NCBI GenBank assembly: GCA_002104905.1
Contig: MCFE01000030.1
Location: forward strand, 160,927 to 224,926
Length of the DNA stretch: 64,000 nucleotides
Origin: Basidiobolus meristosporus CBS 931.73
Taxonomy: Eukaryota; Fungi; Basidiobolomycota
Direction of reading: 5' to 3'
Notes under the pieces: model-generated
What the model saw: the letters and a program-made list of their open reading frames with translations, nothing else
The model's database searches: none
What the model was told of the DNA's origin: nothing
Position numbers and translations under genes: made by a program
Shown here: positions 25,825-40,656 of the stretch, in pieces
Position numbering within the stretch: position 1 is the stretch's first letter
Layout: the number at the start of each line of letters is the position of its first letter

Positions 25825-27006
25825 CTATGGTCTAAATGAGCGCTTAACCAGCGCGTTGAATAAATGGAAGCTGGCGATTGCGTCGTTAGCAGCATAGTTG
25901 ATCTCGTGCGAGGCAAGGTGCGGCCGAGACCACCTCTTTTTTCTCCACGATTTGTCAAGATCCACATCCACACCAAACTTGTGGACCAAATCAACAAGCG
26001 ACAGGTTCTTGTGGCCAAGCTCCTGAGCGATACTGTCGATATTGATGATCCCACAGCACTTCAGTTTGTAATTCTTTCCAAGAGATGCCGCGTCCCCAGT
26101 AACGTTGACTCCGACCTTCAATATTTTCGCATCGCTTAAAAGCGCCCGTAGACTTTTGGGGATTTTGCCGTACCGGCGATAGATCTGGCCAATTTGGAAA
26201 ATGACACACACATCGGGAGAGGCTAGCTGAATCACAGATACTTGTGAGCCTAGTCGATATTGAGTGGATTCGGTATCGAATCCCAAATGCGGGGTCACAA
26301 AATCCTGGATGGATGCTCTCAACATTTTGATGCCTTCGTCGCATTGCCTAGAGTCCTGGCAAACGAAAACCGGGCATTGGTTTGATGTTTTGACTTTGAG
26401 CGGGGTTGCTGAGGATTTGGTTGGAGCCATGGCCCTGCGGATTAGCCCAGGTTTCGTAGGGCGTCTTTTAGGCTGAGGGACTAGCTGTGAGGCCGGAGTA
26501 AACCGGGCCGATTGGATTCCCTTAGCCGGGTTCACAAACACCTTCATTCTCGATAGATCAATGGAAGAAAGTTTGGATTTACGTGCTGGGAACTGCATTT
26601 GCAGTCGAATTCTCTGCTCCAGGTGAGCGTCGCTTCTGCGCCGCAAGATTTCCTCGTTTTTGGCGATTTTGGATTTTTTCGAGCCTGTGATGGGTTTGGT
26701 GGGATAGTGGTTGGGCACCGTAGGCATCCACGCCGAAGGTTTAGCCTTTGATGGTGCCCGCGAATTCCAAAAGGTCCACCTTTGAAATAGCCCTCCCAGC
26801 GAGCCAAGAGCATCGAAAATGGTTCGTTTTGGTTGGTCTGCTTTTTCCAAGAGCCTCTCCTGGGCATTAAGTTTATTCTGGCGGTTTTTCTCCAGGATGG
26901 TTCTTAGCCGGTAGCTGTGTTTGTTCAGAGGTCTTTTTGATGGCAGTCTCAGTTTCGCCACCAATTTCTTTTTCGTGTTGAATCGCTCGGTGAACCGCTG
27001 AACCAC
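25825..27006 (-). CDS. DEDDy 3'-5' exonuclease, WRN-exo/EXD2-like, with a long basic N-terminal extension
   Basis: LGFDTES (ExoI), VIQLAS, LKVGVNVTGDA (ExoII) and W..PHL..EINYAANDA (ExoIII). Confidence 0.85.
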   Translation of the reverse strand: MVQRFTERFNTKKKLVAKLRLPSKRPLNKHSYRLRTILEKNRQNKLNAQERLLEKADQPKRTIFDALGSLGGLFQRWTFWNSRAPSKAKPSAWMPTVPNHYPTKPITGSKKSKIAKNEEILRRRSDAHLEQRIRLQMQFPARKSKLSSIDLSRMKVFVNPAKGIQSARFTPASQLVPQPKRRPTKPGLIRRAMAPTKSSATPLKVKTSNQCPVFVCQDSRQCDEGIKMLRASIQDFVTPHLGFDTESTQYRLGSQVSVIQLASPDVCVIFQIGQIYRRYGKIPKSLRALLSDAKILKVGVNVTGDAASLGKNYKLKCCGIINIDSIAQELGHKNLSLVDLVHKFGVDVDLDKSWRKKRWSRPHLASHEINYAANDAIASFHLFNALVKRSFRP

Positions 27007-30000
27007 ACTCCGCAGTGAGTCGAGGTATTCTTGCCTAGAGCCTGTTGACGAGAATCAGTGGGAGTTTTTGGGGCGGATACATTCAAGACCACTTACTGGA
27101 GGTAAAGGAGCATCGCTGTATTCTGAGAACCTGTGGGGGATACTTTCTTCGTAAACCTACACTTGCTGAAAGCATTTTACTCGGCCAAGTTCGAAAGTGT
27201 TGCAAGATTGTATCGGTGGAAAAAATTTCATTATCTCTGTGACTAGCCACCAACCCATTGATAAAATTTTCCCCATTTGTTAATCAAATCAGGGCGATGT
27301 GTGCCATCCTATTTGACGCGGTTCGAGTCTCTAGGCACTATTAAACACTGGAAAGTAAAAAATGTACCGTAGCGATGGTCCAAAAAGGTTCGTAGGTGCA
27401 CAGAAAGAAACGGGTTGTTTGTGATCGAGAGAATTCCAGTGGAAAATGCCATGATTTCTTTTGAAGCATTCACTATACTACGGCCACCTTCTGCCTCGAC
27501 TTTGTCTTTATGAACCATTATGGTGAGCTCACACTCCTGTCTCCAAGGAGAATAAAGCGATGTCTGCGCTCTCTTTGTGCCTTGCGTGAGGTGGTGGATA
27601 AACTTATTCTATTAATAAACTATCACCACCTACTAATTCGAAGACCTACTTTTGACGAGCGATACTGGTATTCTCAACGAGACCTTACAAGTCTAGTTTC
27701 GTAACCAATGAGGGTCATCGTTTTCTAATGGATCAACGTCTACTAAAGAGGCGTATCTTTGTTCTCTTTATTGCTCTACAGCGAAGTCCCGCATGATGGA
27801 CTCGTATACGGCGACCAATAAAAAGAAGCCAGGTAGAGAAGTCAGATAAACAAGAGGCAGGGATGGTGGGGCGAGCATTTATAAGGTGAAGGGCGTATGG
27901 TTCGGCTGAGCTGAGTAGCTTGATGTCCAAAGCGGAGACTTGAGGCTTGCATAAACTTACTCTTGGGCAAGCATGCGTTGCTTTCTTTCTAATAGTCTCT
28001 GTTTGCGTACTTCCAAGGCCTGGTTCTGACGTTGTTCGTAGTTGTAGTACCAATAGCCGATCCCTCCAAAAGCAACTGCGTGCAAAGCATGCACCTCGAG
28101 TTCTGTTATGATAAAGAGTTATTCTCTTGAATTTCAATGACTCAGTGAATCTAGCAGGGGGCTAGCAAACTGAGCACTAGAAAGCTGATTGGCGTATACT
28201 AACTATCAAACCAAGGTCTTTTGCACATGGCCAAAGAAAGGCATCGGACACCAACACCAAAGGAGGCAAATGCGGTTGCGGTATGAACAAGAGCCATTGT
28301 ACAAAAGGAATGCGATTGATTGAGCAGTACAGGTAATGTCTTGGTGTACTGTTCAAGATATCAATTACACTGGTCTGGAGATAGTGCACCTATAAATGTG
28401 GGGTAGTCCATTCGCGAATTGTGGATAGAATCAAGGTAAAAAAACCAATCTGAAAATTGGTAACTATCTCGTGGCTGTGGGGTGAGCTTGGGTGTTTTGG
28501 GGTAAGCGAATTTGATGGTGCTAACTGTAGAATAGCCACCGTGTGTCAGCTCCATGAAAACCTGGACTGTTGTTCCCAGTGCTGAAGAATAAAGCCGAGG
28601 GCGAAACTTCAATCAGCAGCCAACGACTGTACACTGTAAGGAAACGAGGATTTGGACCATCCGGTGTTCCAGATAGCTTTACGTATACAGCTCCAGCCAT
28701 AGACTTGCGTTTGCTATCTTTCAGGTCAAGCGCAAGCTCGTCGAGACTGGAACGATGCTATCCTGGAAAAAGCAATCACTTTTTTCAGCAACCTCCTTTT
28801 GAGGGAAAACCGCTTAATCACAACGGGATGCTGACTTTTCAGCTGTCTAATAACCATGGCCACCTGCCATGCTTGCATCGTATCGGAGCTATACCTTTCG
28901 TGTGAACACCAGTCAACTATTAGTCACGTGAATGGTGCTACTTGTTGCTATTGTTATGTAGTCTCAGTATTGCAACATTAGAATGGTTATCCAAAAAGCA
29001 TCATCACAATGATGGGTGATAGCATAGAGACATCTCTTCATCGATTACAACGCAGAGATAACTTCATTTGCCAATCGAGCATCGTGATGCTGTCTAGTCG
29101 AAGTGCAGTACCCCAATCTCGCCGAAAAGACTTTCCCAGTCTACTGGCCAGCACTGGGTATTTCTTCACGATGGATTATCTTTAGGATAAACTCGGTTGC
29201 AATGTAACCATGGTTACAAAGATGGGTTAGGATGTAACATTACAGTGACAACCAGGTACTGAAAACGGAAGGGTAGGGAGCATTTCAACGGATCCCAGCT
29301 GGATGTCCTTACGTAATTGTCGCACCAATCAGGAAGCTCTAGATACGCGGTTGCAACGTTCAAAGTGTGGAGAAGAGAGAAAATCTACGATGCCATCTAT
29401 TAACGACAACGCCCAAACCACGCCGCCATATCTTGTATGCCTAGATTCAGCGAAATCCCATCGTATCACATCAATTGAGTCATCGTATTAGAACTGCTTG
29501 CGCTATTCCAAGGCCACACCCACAACTCTACCCATGTATGACTAATGCGAAAGCGGTCTGGGATCGGAATGATGGTATGGATCACAGTGGTATGATTTAA
29601 TCATTCCAAGGCAATGAGCAAATCATGGCTTGATATCAATAAATCGTCTCCATGGCTGAGGCAACCCACTAGCATGATATCCATAGATTGGAACGATACG
29701 AAGGGGTGATCGCTCGCGGCAATTGCCATGCAGAGGTGAGCTGTCAACGAAGTAACCTGGATCAGCCAAGCAGCGGATGCCCCATAGCCCTTGGTAAACA
29801 TGCCAAGTTGGGTACGAACACTAGTGTTCAGCACTGACATATCTTTCTTGCATCATAATACAGCTGCAGATCAAACTGTTGCTGCACTGCCCGATAATCT
29901 GTTGACATCGAATCGATTGACGTTGGCGGCTTTGAAATTAGCGTATAGCTGAAACCACAGTTGCCTATGACGTACCGCAGGATGGATCTCGCGGAAAATC

Positions 30001-30367
30001 GGAATCAGACTCCATATTGGCCAACTATGGCATATTAAAAATCGTGAGGGATTCCCTATATATATATATATATTAACTTGTTAACTCTATCCTCTATTAA
30101 GTTTCAAATCCTGGACGGCTGCTGGATACAGAGCTTCCTAACTGATTTAGCAAATCATTTCAAGGACTGTTACTACTTCAGGTGATTTGCAATATAACAC
30201 TCTGTCTTCACTCCGCGAATCTACAGATTTTCGGAATTTCTTTTCATCTAAAAACTGACCCCCATGTTTTGCTTAAATACTCGGCGGCAGTGCACCTCCA
30301 TTCCATTCACGATTCGAGGCTTCCCATCACCCAACACTATACTGATTAGCTTAAAACTTTGTCAAGG

Positions 30368-31284
30368 ATGAGAATTCCGTTCCGACGAGTCAGTGGGAGT
30401 GAGCCGGATGCTGAGTCGGAAAAGCGCAAACTTGCCACCACCACTTCCAATGCCTCCATTCTTGTACGTATATTGATCATTGTTCTTATTGGAGTCGGGT
30501 CTTTGGTGTGTATCCTGGCTCTGGTGACTTCAATCCCTGGCTTACGGTTGCCGGCGAGTTTGGATGATGCGAAGTATATTGTACAAGTATTAAGCGACTA
30601 CACCCATAACAACCCCGAAGGTCATACAAAGACCTTCGTTATATTCACACTGCTCTATCTTTGGAAACAAACCTTCTGCGTTCCTGGGTCCATCCTACTA
30701 GTAAGTTTCCCTGGTTAACGCGCCGACCCAGCAGCATCCCATTCTAACCACACCTTTAGAACCTAATTGCTGGGGCCTTGTATGGAATGTCCACCATCCC
30801 CCTCCTATGCTTCCTTACCGCATTAGGCTCCACCCTTTGCTATTATATCTTCTATTTCGCTGGTGCCGATCTGCTGGAGCATTACATCCCCGAAAGACTT
30901 GACCAGCTACGCACCCAGATAGACGAGAACCGCTCTCGTATGTTTCTCTACCTCCTGACTCTCCGGCTCTTCCCATTTGCACCCTACTGGCTGATCAATA
31001 TCGTGTCGCCATTTGTTGGAGTGCCGGTTTGGAGCTTCTTCGTGACCTGTATGCTGGGGATCATCCCATATAACTTCGTCACGGTGGAAGCCGGGAAGAT
31101 GCTGTCCCAGGTCGAGGAGATATCAGATATATTCAACCCATGGTTTATATTTAAGCTCCTCGCCATGTCCACAGTCCCATTCCTTTTGAGCTTCATCGGT
31201 AAGCGTAAGAGCAAGCCTGAGGATGTAGAGAACCCTGAATGGAGCGAGGAAAAGGACGCTGAACCCTTAATGGCAGACAATTGA
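30368..31284 (+). CDS. TMEM41: TMEM41/VTT (DedA, SNARE-associated Golgi) family membrane protein; intron 30701-30759
   Basis: YLWKQTFCVPGSILL/NLIAGALYG, CFLTALGSTLCY and LRLFPFAPYWLINIVSP motifs, joined by a clean GTAAGT..TTAG intron. Confidence 0.9.
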
Positions 31285-32010
31285 TCCCTAGACCTAATCC
31301 CGAATGTTCTACTCATGCCTTTTCAACAGCGTTCATCCCACTCACCTTCTGTGTATATCCTTGTAATTTGTAATATTTGCGCTAGAAGAGCCCCCTTCTG
31401 TTAACCCGCCGAACTAAAGAGCGTTGAAACGAAGTTGATTGGTTGGCCCTTAGACCATCTCGCAATCCTGCTGTCACCATTTAACAATACCGCGAGGTAA
31501 CTTCTGGCGGGTATTCACATGATATCGCCACTGGGTGCCCGGATACGGCATTCGTTTGGCGTAATTAATTTCCAGCAGACGATTTGATGAATAGGCGAGG
31601 TGTGGAGGATTTGGTCAGGGTGATATCATTGATGTGGTTGCTGATTTAGACGAGCCGCAACGCGATGTTACGAATCATGTCTGTCAAGCGGCGTACAGGA
31701 TTTTTTTCATCTCGGCCCGATCCCGATTTTGCTCGTGGAGCGGCTCTCTTACGCCATGGTAGCATCTATTCCAATTGGACTCACCACAACACAACACAAA
31801 CCTGAAAAAATGTTACACCAACGAGTGGTAAATCCAAATGGGCTGGGGCTGGCTTTTATTTTACAGAACTCCATGTGTTGAACAACCAAATTCAATTGTA
31901 ATCATCCCTCCGCTGTGAAGATTTGTGTTGTAAATAACTACTTGTGTAAATAGCGCGAGTGTGTTTAGCATCATGCCATTTTGTGAGAAATGCTCATATC
32001 ATCAGGGTTG

Positions 32011-35000
32011 CTATGCGATTAAATCGTCCAGCTTGACAACTGGTGGTAGGTCCTCCGTCGGCTGTGGTTGCTCGCTAGATTTCGCAAACTCCTTGCCGAA
32101 TCTCTTCTTGATTTGGTTGCTATTCTGGGTCACCACTGTTTGGCAAGTGGGACACAGTCGGAGTCCCCTAGACTTAAGCAGTGCGCATTGATCTAGCTTC
32201 AATCCAAGCCCAGCGGAGCTTCCAGATTTGACGGTGTCTGAGGCAGGCAGCTCTCCATCAAATAGACACGACTCATGATATGCATGGCCGCAGAAGAATA
32301 CGATGGTGGATCCGGGATGAGCTAAAGAGCAATTGGATTAGTGTGGCAGGCGTGGGCGGTGGACGTGCTTTAGCTGACCTAGGAAGAAGATTGGCTCGTG
32401 GCATGTGGAACATATCATATCATCTGGAGGCGGGGTATGGGTTAGCAAAGGATGCTCTGTCATGCTAGCGTTTACCAGGCTTACCAGAGCATGAGATTGC
32501 TCGCCTTTGCACTTTTTGCAAGCGTTGGCTGAGGTTTGACGAGTCGGTGGTTAGTACACGTTCGCATCCTTGGCGCAGCGAAAGCTACACAACATAATAG
32601 GCGCTAGAATTAGATGCTACCCCGCAGCTACCAATGAGAAGCCGAGTCTTACTTGGACATTGTAATCCTGAAGAATCTTGATCAGCAGATCTTTGAGACC
32701 AGGGATTTCCATCCCTTCTGGTATAGTGCGGATCAATCTGACTGGATCGATTTGTGCTCCCACGTTCTCCAAGAGTCCACGGATAAAATCTAGCGAAGCC
32801 TGCTTCAATAACAGTCCTTGATATCATGATAACGCCATGATCAGAATGCAGACTGACCTGGTTTGTCCATTGAATATTTCAGCAGATCTTCCCACAACTC
32901 TTCATCGTTCTGCTCTTTGGCAAACTCTATGGCCTATTTCATATTGGTTAGCATTTGACAATTGGGTGCTTCTTACGTCGAGCCTACCCGATTCACATCT
33001 CCTAAGCGTTTGATGATGAGCATGAGTGCTTTGTGATTGTTGCCGATCCGGCCGAGGATGAACACCATCTCAGGAACAAGATCCCTTTGTTCACATACGG
33101 CATAGGCCTACGGTTCATCCGGAGTATCAGCGGTGTAAGCACGGCGCCATGTTCATTGTCTCACAAACCTTCTCCAGAGAATAATAATTGCTTGCTTTTA
33201 GGAAATCCAGTAGGCGAGGGTAGTCGTACTCTGCGTAGAGCTCCACCTATGATCCAAGGTGAGCGACTGCGGTCGAGATTCGGCTCGAATCATGCTTTGT
33301 TACCTGCAGGTCGTGGAACTCGTATGCCAAGTGAGCATCTTTGTCAAATATTGCGTCCAAATAGATATGAAGGTATTTGGGATGTCTGGTCAGCTGCTGA
33401 ACCACCCGTTGAATCTACTCCACGTCAGTTAGAACGCAACAAATATACAATCTGCGCTTTTCACTATCCATACCGGAATTGAGTGGACATGTTCGACGAG
33501 CAGTTGGACAGCTGGGCCTCTGGTGGCTCTTTTCGTACTGCTCTCTTCGTTGTCTTTACCAGCAGATTCGATCTCCTCCTTCTCAAGCAAGTACTGATCG
33601 AAGTCCATCAGAAGCACCACTTTATCTTGCACCGATGAGAATAAATTATTGGCCTTGATTAGCTCAAATACGTCTGGACGCCTTAGTCGCAGATAGTATT
33701 CAAGTGCTTTGTCAAGTTGTCGATTAGAGTTGTACCTAAAGAGGGTGGTCCGAGTTAATCACGATGGTGGGGTTCCAGGGAGCAGCAAATATAACCAACA
33801 GTTCCGCAAGAGCATCCATTAAAATGGTGTTGTTCCCTTCTTTGGACAAGGCGTCCTCAACAGCCACAATCACATTCTGTATATCATAGAGAGATGACGG
33901 CCATGTTTTGATAGTCTGATTAAACAACTAATGGAGAGCATAGAGTTAGCATTAGGTGAATCTACCCTTGTAGTTCCTTTGACCATACCTCATGATCCGT
34001 GTTCAAAAAGTAAGCTAGAATCATTTCGTAAACGGTGCTGCTTAATTGCGGGTTTTCGGTTGGAACCTGCGGACTAATCACCTATTCATGCCATCAGGAT
34101 ATGCTCAGCGGGTTTTAGCGTCGATTGATAGGGGGCTTGGTACCTTTAGCTCTTTTGCTTCTGCAAAGCTGAACACCCACTTCTCCCATAATTTTGGATC
34201 GTTCTTTAGCACCTTCGGGCATACCGAAGCAGCTTTTTCATAGTCCCCTACAATGGATCCGTTAGCACTTCATCGCAATCCCTTGGAGAGTAAGTGCGCC
34301 AGGGCATACCATCTTCCATTAGATAGTGAATGTATGTTTGTCCAATTTCGGTTGAGTCGTAACTCTTGATCTCCCCACTCTGTCGTTCTTCAGCACCTTG
34401 GACCGCCTCCAACGCCTCTTCGTACATCTGCCTTTCCAACAGCCAGGTCACGTGATCCTCCAAATCACGGAGCTTCGCAACCACGATGTCTTTAGGGCTT
34501 GCCACGTAGAAGAGATCCTCCGAAGGGAAAAAGTCTACCAAAATGAAATCTTAGTTTAACCAAATTGCGGGGAGTCATTGCTCTTACACACCCAATATGT
34601 AATCATTTGGCTGATAGTATTCATGCCCAACCATAGAGAGCACGTCACTAGAGACCTCCTCGTTATCAGAGTTGATCAAGCGTAGTTCGGGCGGGGCAGC
34701 AATCTTATAAAAGAACATGTTGGCAAGATTCACAGGACACATGAACACGAAACGCACCGTACCTTTCGTTTATGCTGCTCCACGTCCGTGTCATCTTCCT
34801 TTTGCTGGATTGTGTCTGATACGTAAGTCAGCAACAATAGCATATCTGCAAAAGGAGCAATCCCAGCAACGATGAAATCGGTCCGGAACCTAAGGCCAAC
34901 TGGTGAATATATGGCTGTACCAGCCTTTGACAAACAATACAGATACTCACATTGATACGATCTCGACGTAGAGGTTGGGCGTCCCTGGAGTCACCTCGCT

Positions 35001-36055
35001 CTTACTCTTCTCCTTCACAACTGCCACTTTAACACTATCTGCCCAGCCGATCAGCAACGTTTTCTCTGTTTTCCAACACAAATGGCAGCGGTAAAGGTCG
35101 GCACGCGGGCTTTGGGCCGGCCGATCAATATAAGTGATCCGTTGGTTTGATGTTGTGTCGTATATTTTGACGCCCTTGAGAATTGCCTGTTAGACACGAG
35201 CCATAGCCGCAAACCAAAAACCCCATATTTACAGTATCGTTAGCCCAGGCAATCAAGTCTCCTCGCCATTCCAGAGCATAGATCGGGCCTTCTCCACCAT
35301 GAATGATCGTATCCTTGTGACCTAACCAGCCTATTCGCACATTTCAAAAACCATTAATAAAGTGGCCTTCCAGCTTTGTTCAATAAATAGAGTACACCTT
35401 TCTGGTTCATGATGAGCTGCCCTGCCATTCCGCCAGAAACAAATTGTCGGGCGCTCTTTTTACTAAACTCCGGATCAAGAGCAATACATTTCACCGGTCG
35501 CATGTAATTGAACGCCGAGATCTCGTCGTTATAAAGCCCGGTGATCAAGACCTTGCCTATGATTGAAAACGTTAATGTCAGGGCTAGAAAGGGGGGTCAA
35601 TGGATTGAGGAAAATACCATCATCAGAAGCAGTGGCCACATATTCTTCGTGTTCGTCAATGCTTAAACTATTGATTGTAGCACTATGTGGACGAAACTTC
35701 TTGACTTCGTTGCCGTTAAAGTCCATAATGTGCACCATGCCCCAATGTGTGCCCAAAACCTGAGGGTGTCAATATTCCGGTTGGCAAAAGCTAAGTCAAA
35801 GTGCCCAGAGAAAAGCCCAAATTCAAAAGGAAAAGAACCCACCATAAATCTCTCTGATATCTTCATAATGCTCACAGTGTCTTTGGTGAAGATTTCAGAA
35901 ACGTCAGCACCAATCCGTTGGTACTTCAGTTTTGGCTCTTCATCATCATCGTACTCCTCACTGTATTCAGAATATTCCTCGCTGATGTAAGAGGAGTTTT
36001 CAGAAAGCTGCTCCTCCTCTTGGGCGGGGCTCAGCTCATTTTCCGAGGCACTCAT
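32011..36055 (-). CDS. VPS41: Vacuolar protein sorting-associated protein 41 (HOPS subunit), multi-exon
   Basis: EEPKLKYQRI, GTHWGMVHI, RPVKCIALDP, GEGPIYALEWRG.LIAWAND, DLFYVASPKDIVVAK..EDHVTWLL, a clathrin-repeat region, and a C-terminal RING (FCGHAYHESCL). Confidence 0.95.
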
Positions 36056-39000
36056 ATCTTCGATTCTTTGACTAGTCGTGAATACTCAAGTGGCTAATGA
36101 ATCCACTCACTATGCTATAGCTCAAAAATCCGAGCGAATTCCAAAGTCAGGGATGATGAACCACATGACGTCGTCTAGCACAAATACCACCGGCATTCTT
36201 GATTAATTTAATCATTTTGGATATCGGAAGGTTAGCATGTAGATGACATTGATATCACAACATGGAGAGCTTGACATCACGGATATAACCCAAACCTAAC
36301 TCTGCATTGAGGCCCGATTAGACAATACGCAGACATATGTGATGAGGTTGCCACTACAATTCCTCCGACTCAGGCTACGACAATCGTTCTGATTCTAGGA
36401 TCGGTAGATGACAACTCGTACCACTCTTCAACCCACCGCCTGACCGAAGATCATTGAGCATATCACCGGGCTTTGCCGGGGGCCTAAATTCTTGCCTATG
36501 ATCAGACCCGCTTCGACCTATGGTTGATAGAAAGCATGGCCCGCTCACCCACCACAATTTTCAGCGCTAAATATGCTGGAGTACTTGACCAACGCACTCC
36601 AATAAAATTTCGGTGTTAAGGTCATCGAGAGATTTCACTAAACTTATTGCAGTGTAATGGGTGTTACGTTCGGAATCAAGTAACTGCCATAAAAAAGCTA
36701 ACCCCCATCCCCATCGCCAATGGGGGAACCTCGATACACTTGCAATAAATCTCGTCAAGGATGATCTATCTAACATGCTGATGGTAGAAGCCTTGCTGTT
36801 CTGATGTGGAAAGATGATATATGCATGGCAATGACACTGATATTATGTGCGACGGAGGTTGCTGATTGATGGAGCTGTGTGTGGTTCGGCGGTAATAAGG
36901 CACTAATGCGATTTCCAAATATAACACACCAGTCACATATGGAAATCCTCAGGTACCCTAGCAACCACTGTTCATGGCTTGTGGAGCCGAGCCTTGTACT
37001 CCGAATGTGATGGTGTGCCTATGGCTCGCAGAAACTTCTGACCGCTGAGGTGGATGCTAGCATGAGGCTCTATTGGACGCACCAAGCGCCAAAAGGTGGT
37101 CATGCTGCAGTTCGGTCGCTTGGGAACTCAATAGCAATCGGGATATGCCAGTGATTGCCTTGTCAAGGTGGCGATGAGATATCACCAACTCAATCAATAA
37201 ACATCCCCGTAGCTGTTGAATGATTGGATTGTGTGAAATTAAATAAACTAGCACGCTCCCGGCGCCGACACAATATTCATCTCTCCATTCCCAGTAATAG
37301 AAATCGGATCCTCGCCTCAGCGATGCTTTATCTAAATCATCTCATTTGCCCAATGTGATCACGAACATCACCAGGACATATCACTTGGCCAACAATCCAA
37401 GGCGGACTCCACATCCTCTGCATTGATGTCATTCCAAACCGCATCTCGCTAGCGGCCGTGGATCGATCTTCCTAGTTAGAAATCTGGGTACAGCCCCTGT
37501 TTCCTCCGCCGATTTAATGAGCAGCGTGATCCCAGAGGTTCCAGTTCGCACCAAACACTCTGTTGCGGCCATGGCCTCTTTCGGCGGTTCATGTCCGATC
37601 GGTGCGGCTCTCCAATCACCTCCATGATCCCATGGGGGTGGAGAGCACGCTTATATAGCTGTTTTGAGCGTATACGGTGGCCCTGAGGAATGCATGCATT
37701 CGTGGTCGCGATCAAGTGTATCTCTATTGCCAGTTTTTGCTGCTCGAGGGAATTCTAGAACATAGCTGCGTACTTCAAATCACACCCGGTCTTCGACAGC
37801 TATTCGAGTGTGGCCCAAATAAATATATACGTCTACATGCATTTGCAATCGACAAGCGACATGGGTTGCCGTCTACTTGGGGCTCGGTGGGCCCTCTGAG
37901 CCTTCACCGTGGCGGGTGGCGTTGGGGTCGTTCGAATTCATGCTGGAATTTCTCGTCTTCTGAGAAGCGGATCCATGATTCGAATGGTGCGTCTGAGATC
38001 TAGCATGAATTCAGTCAAGCATACTTCATTAAGGGTTCCTTAATAGAGTTCTTAGCGTTCCATCTCCTGCTTCCCAAGATTAACAGTAATTATTTTGTAA
38101 TCATAAGTAATTAATTAAGTGCGTACAGCAGGTACATAAATAGTGGACGGTTGCTAGATTTGGAAAGCGTAGTTAAAGGCAGTGATACTAAATACCTGAA
38201 AACGGTAGTGAGCCAATATTCTGCAGGCTAAGTGGGAGAGGCGAGCGCAAAAACCAGTATTGAAGAGACCCTGAAGGCTGTTTCCAGCACCACTGGCTCC
38301 TATCATTTGCTATTAGCAGATTAAAGAGCATGCATGTCCGGACCGGGTTTTCTCGAGTTTTAAGAATGATATCATGTTGACAAACCCTTAATAAATACTC
38401 TGGTGCGCTCCAAATGCTCCTATTCCGTTTTTTCTCCTCATTCGTTCTTCCGTTCTATTTGGCTCTTTTCTACCCTCACAGCTACTGGCCCTCGAATCTT
38501 ATTAATTGTCTTTGACTTGACCTCACCTCTACTCTAAAATATTATACCCATTCTAATCAACTTATTCTCGTCTTAATTATTCTTTAAACTACAACCTGCT
38601 TGTCTCTCACTGGACGCGAAACACAAGACATATTCCTTTCATCCAATCCTTGCTAATCCATATCAGCGCTTTGCGAGCATTCTCACTAGTTGTAAACCTG
38701 GACATCCAAGTGTCTATTTCGCTATCACTCGAGTCTCTTCTAGTAGTTTATTAAATCCTATGAGTCTTACCTCAATCGATCCAAAAGCAGTACAGCCTCC
38801 GAGCTTATTCTTATCTCTCTCAGGTTGTTACAGCATTTACCTGCCCTTTTCCTACCGAGCATAGATTTACGTTTCCTTCCGTATTACTTCGTATTCCACA
38901 GACCTGAAAAATTCTGAGAAATCTGGACTACACCGAGATGACCTGGCGTTCGATCGCCACGACGACGTTTCAAACAAGGTACTTGATTTATTTCGCTATG

Positions 39001-39539
39001 TGCAGTGATAACCAAGTTGTGTACAACCCTCGGTATCAATGTTTCCACTGCCTCCAACTCATGCGCCTTTTTTTTGCTTTTTTGAATTTCTCTTGATTTT
39101 GTTTGTCACCAATGGACTTCATATGACTTTTTTCCGGTGAAGCCAAATCAATTCTTCCAAGAGACTGATCACACGGACCCAAGCCAGTATCTACATGACC
39201 TGGATGACGATTCTTACGAGGTAACTGAAGCTTCAAAGTTACTGGCATCATTTCGGCGTTGTCCAATGCACGAGTGTTACCTGGACACAACTCTTAGGGA
39301 ATGGTTGGTTGGGTTAGCGACTAGTGTATTTTGGCCATACTCTCGGAAGCCTGCCTTTTACCCCCGTTTCAAAAGGGTTAAACTGGTTATTGAAAAATTG
39401 TGTAGTTGAAAGAAACCGACGAAGAACTTCTAAATGCTCAAAACACCGTTCAAAGCCAACATACGCTGGTAAGAGAGATTTAGGGACCCATAAATGGATT
39501 GGCCAAGTAAATGACTCTTCCGCCGATAGATCACAGTAA

Positions 39540-40656
39540 CCAGTGCCCAGCTTGTAAGCAAAGAGCAGGAGTTTGCTACTGCCCAGCATGAGTGGAGGAA
39601 AAAGGTACTAATCTCATGACTGAGTTGTTTAACAAGCTCAGGAGGCGTCTATTTGGGACTTTGATCTGCTGGGTATACTTGACTAACCTATCTTGTCTAG
39701 CTAATTCAAGCCCAAGCCGATATTGCCGCGAAGGATGTACAAATCAAGGAGCTTGAGAGACAGGTGAGATGAACCTCATTTTCTCGTCCAAACGTGACGG
39801 CTTACTTATCTTTGTTTAGCTGGCGGATGCGTACGCACAGCTAGCCATGGCTACTGGCAAGTCAATGATGCAAATTCTACGTAGTTCAGAAAACCTTGTC
39901 CATTCACCCCCTGAGCGTAGAAACAAACGTTCTCGGACAGTAAGTAGCATAGTGTCCATTATAAGCTATCAAAGTCGTCCACCACCCGCAAAGTAATCCT
40001 AACTGAAGACAACGCAGGAATCGCTCTCTCCACACCTTTCCAACAAAAGCAGCAAAACTGTATCGCCCTCTGATGCTCGGTCGCCTAGTCTATCTAGCTC
40101 ACCAGTCCAAGGAAAGCAGTCCAGTTACATCAAGTGGACCCCTGAGGAGGACGAGCTACTCAAGGCGGCTGTAGCATTGCATGGAACCCATAAATGGTCG
40201 GTTATTGCCACGCATGTGCCAAACCGAACACCTATGCAATGCTCAGCTAGATGGCTTGGTGCACTGAACACAACAATTCATAAAGGACGTTGGACTCCAG
40301 AAGAAGATAAGCTGCTCAGTGCGGCAGTGGCCGAATACATACCAGAGGGAACCGGAGGGGACCATGCCACTGCCACCGTTCCATGGAACAAGATAGCCTC
40401 GAATATTCCCAACCGCACGGGGATTCAGTGCCAAGCCAGATGGTCGGAGGCTTTAGATCCAACTGTTCGTAAAGGCCGGTGGACTCCGGAGGAAGATGAG
40501 CAGCTCAAAGATGGGGTAAGAAAATACGGCAGGTGCTGGATTCGTATTGCCCAAGGGATCTCTGGTAGAACTCAACGTCAATGTCGAACTCGGTGGGTTC
40601 AGGTGAAGGAGAAGGCCGGCTTGGATTGTCTCGACGACTTTGAGGACGACGCCTAG
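39540..40656 (+). CDS. Myb transcription factor with three Myb repeats; 5' exons uncertain (may start near 38760)
   Basis: Three W-x-PEED..W..IA..P.RT..QC..RW repeats at ~40130-40610, preceded by spliced coiled-coil exons. Confidence 0.85.

Noticed and set aside
36567-36776. F-box-like phrase SLDDLNTEILLEC
   Set aside because: The ORF ends a few codons later and no supporting exons were found.
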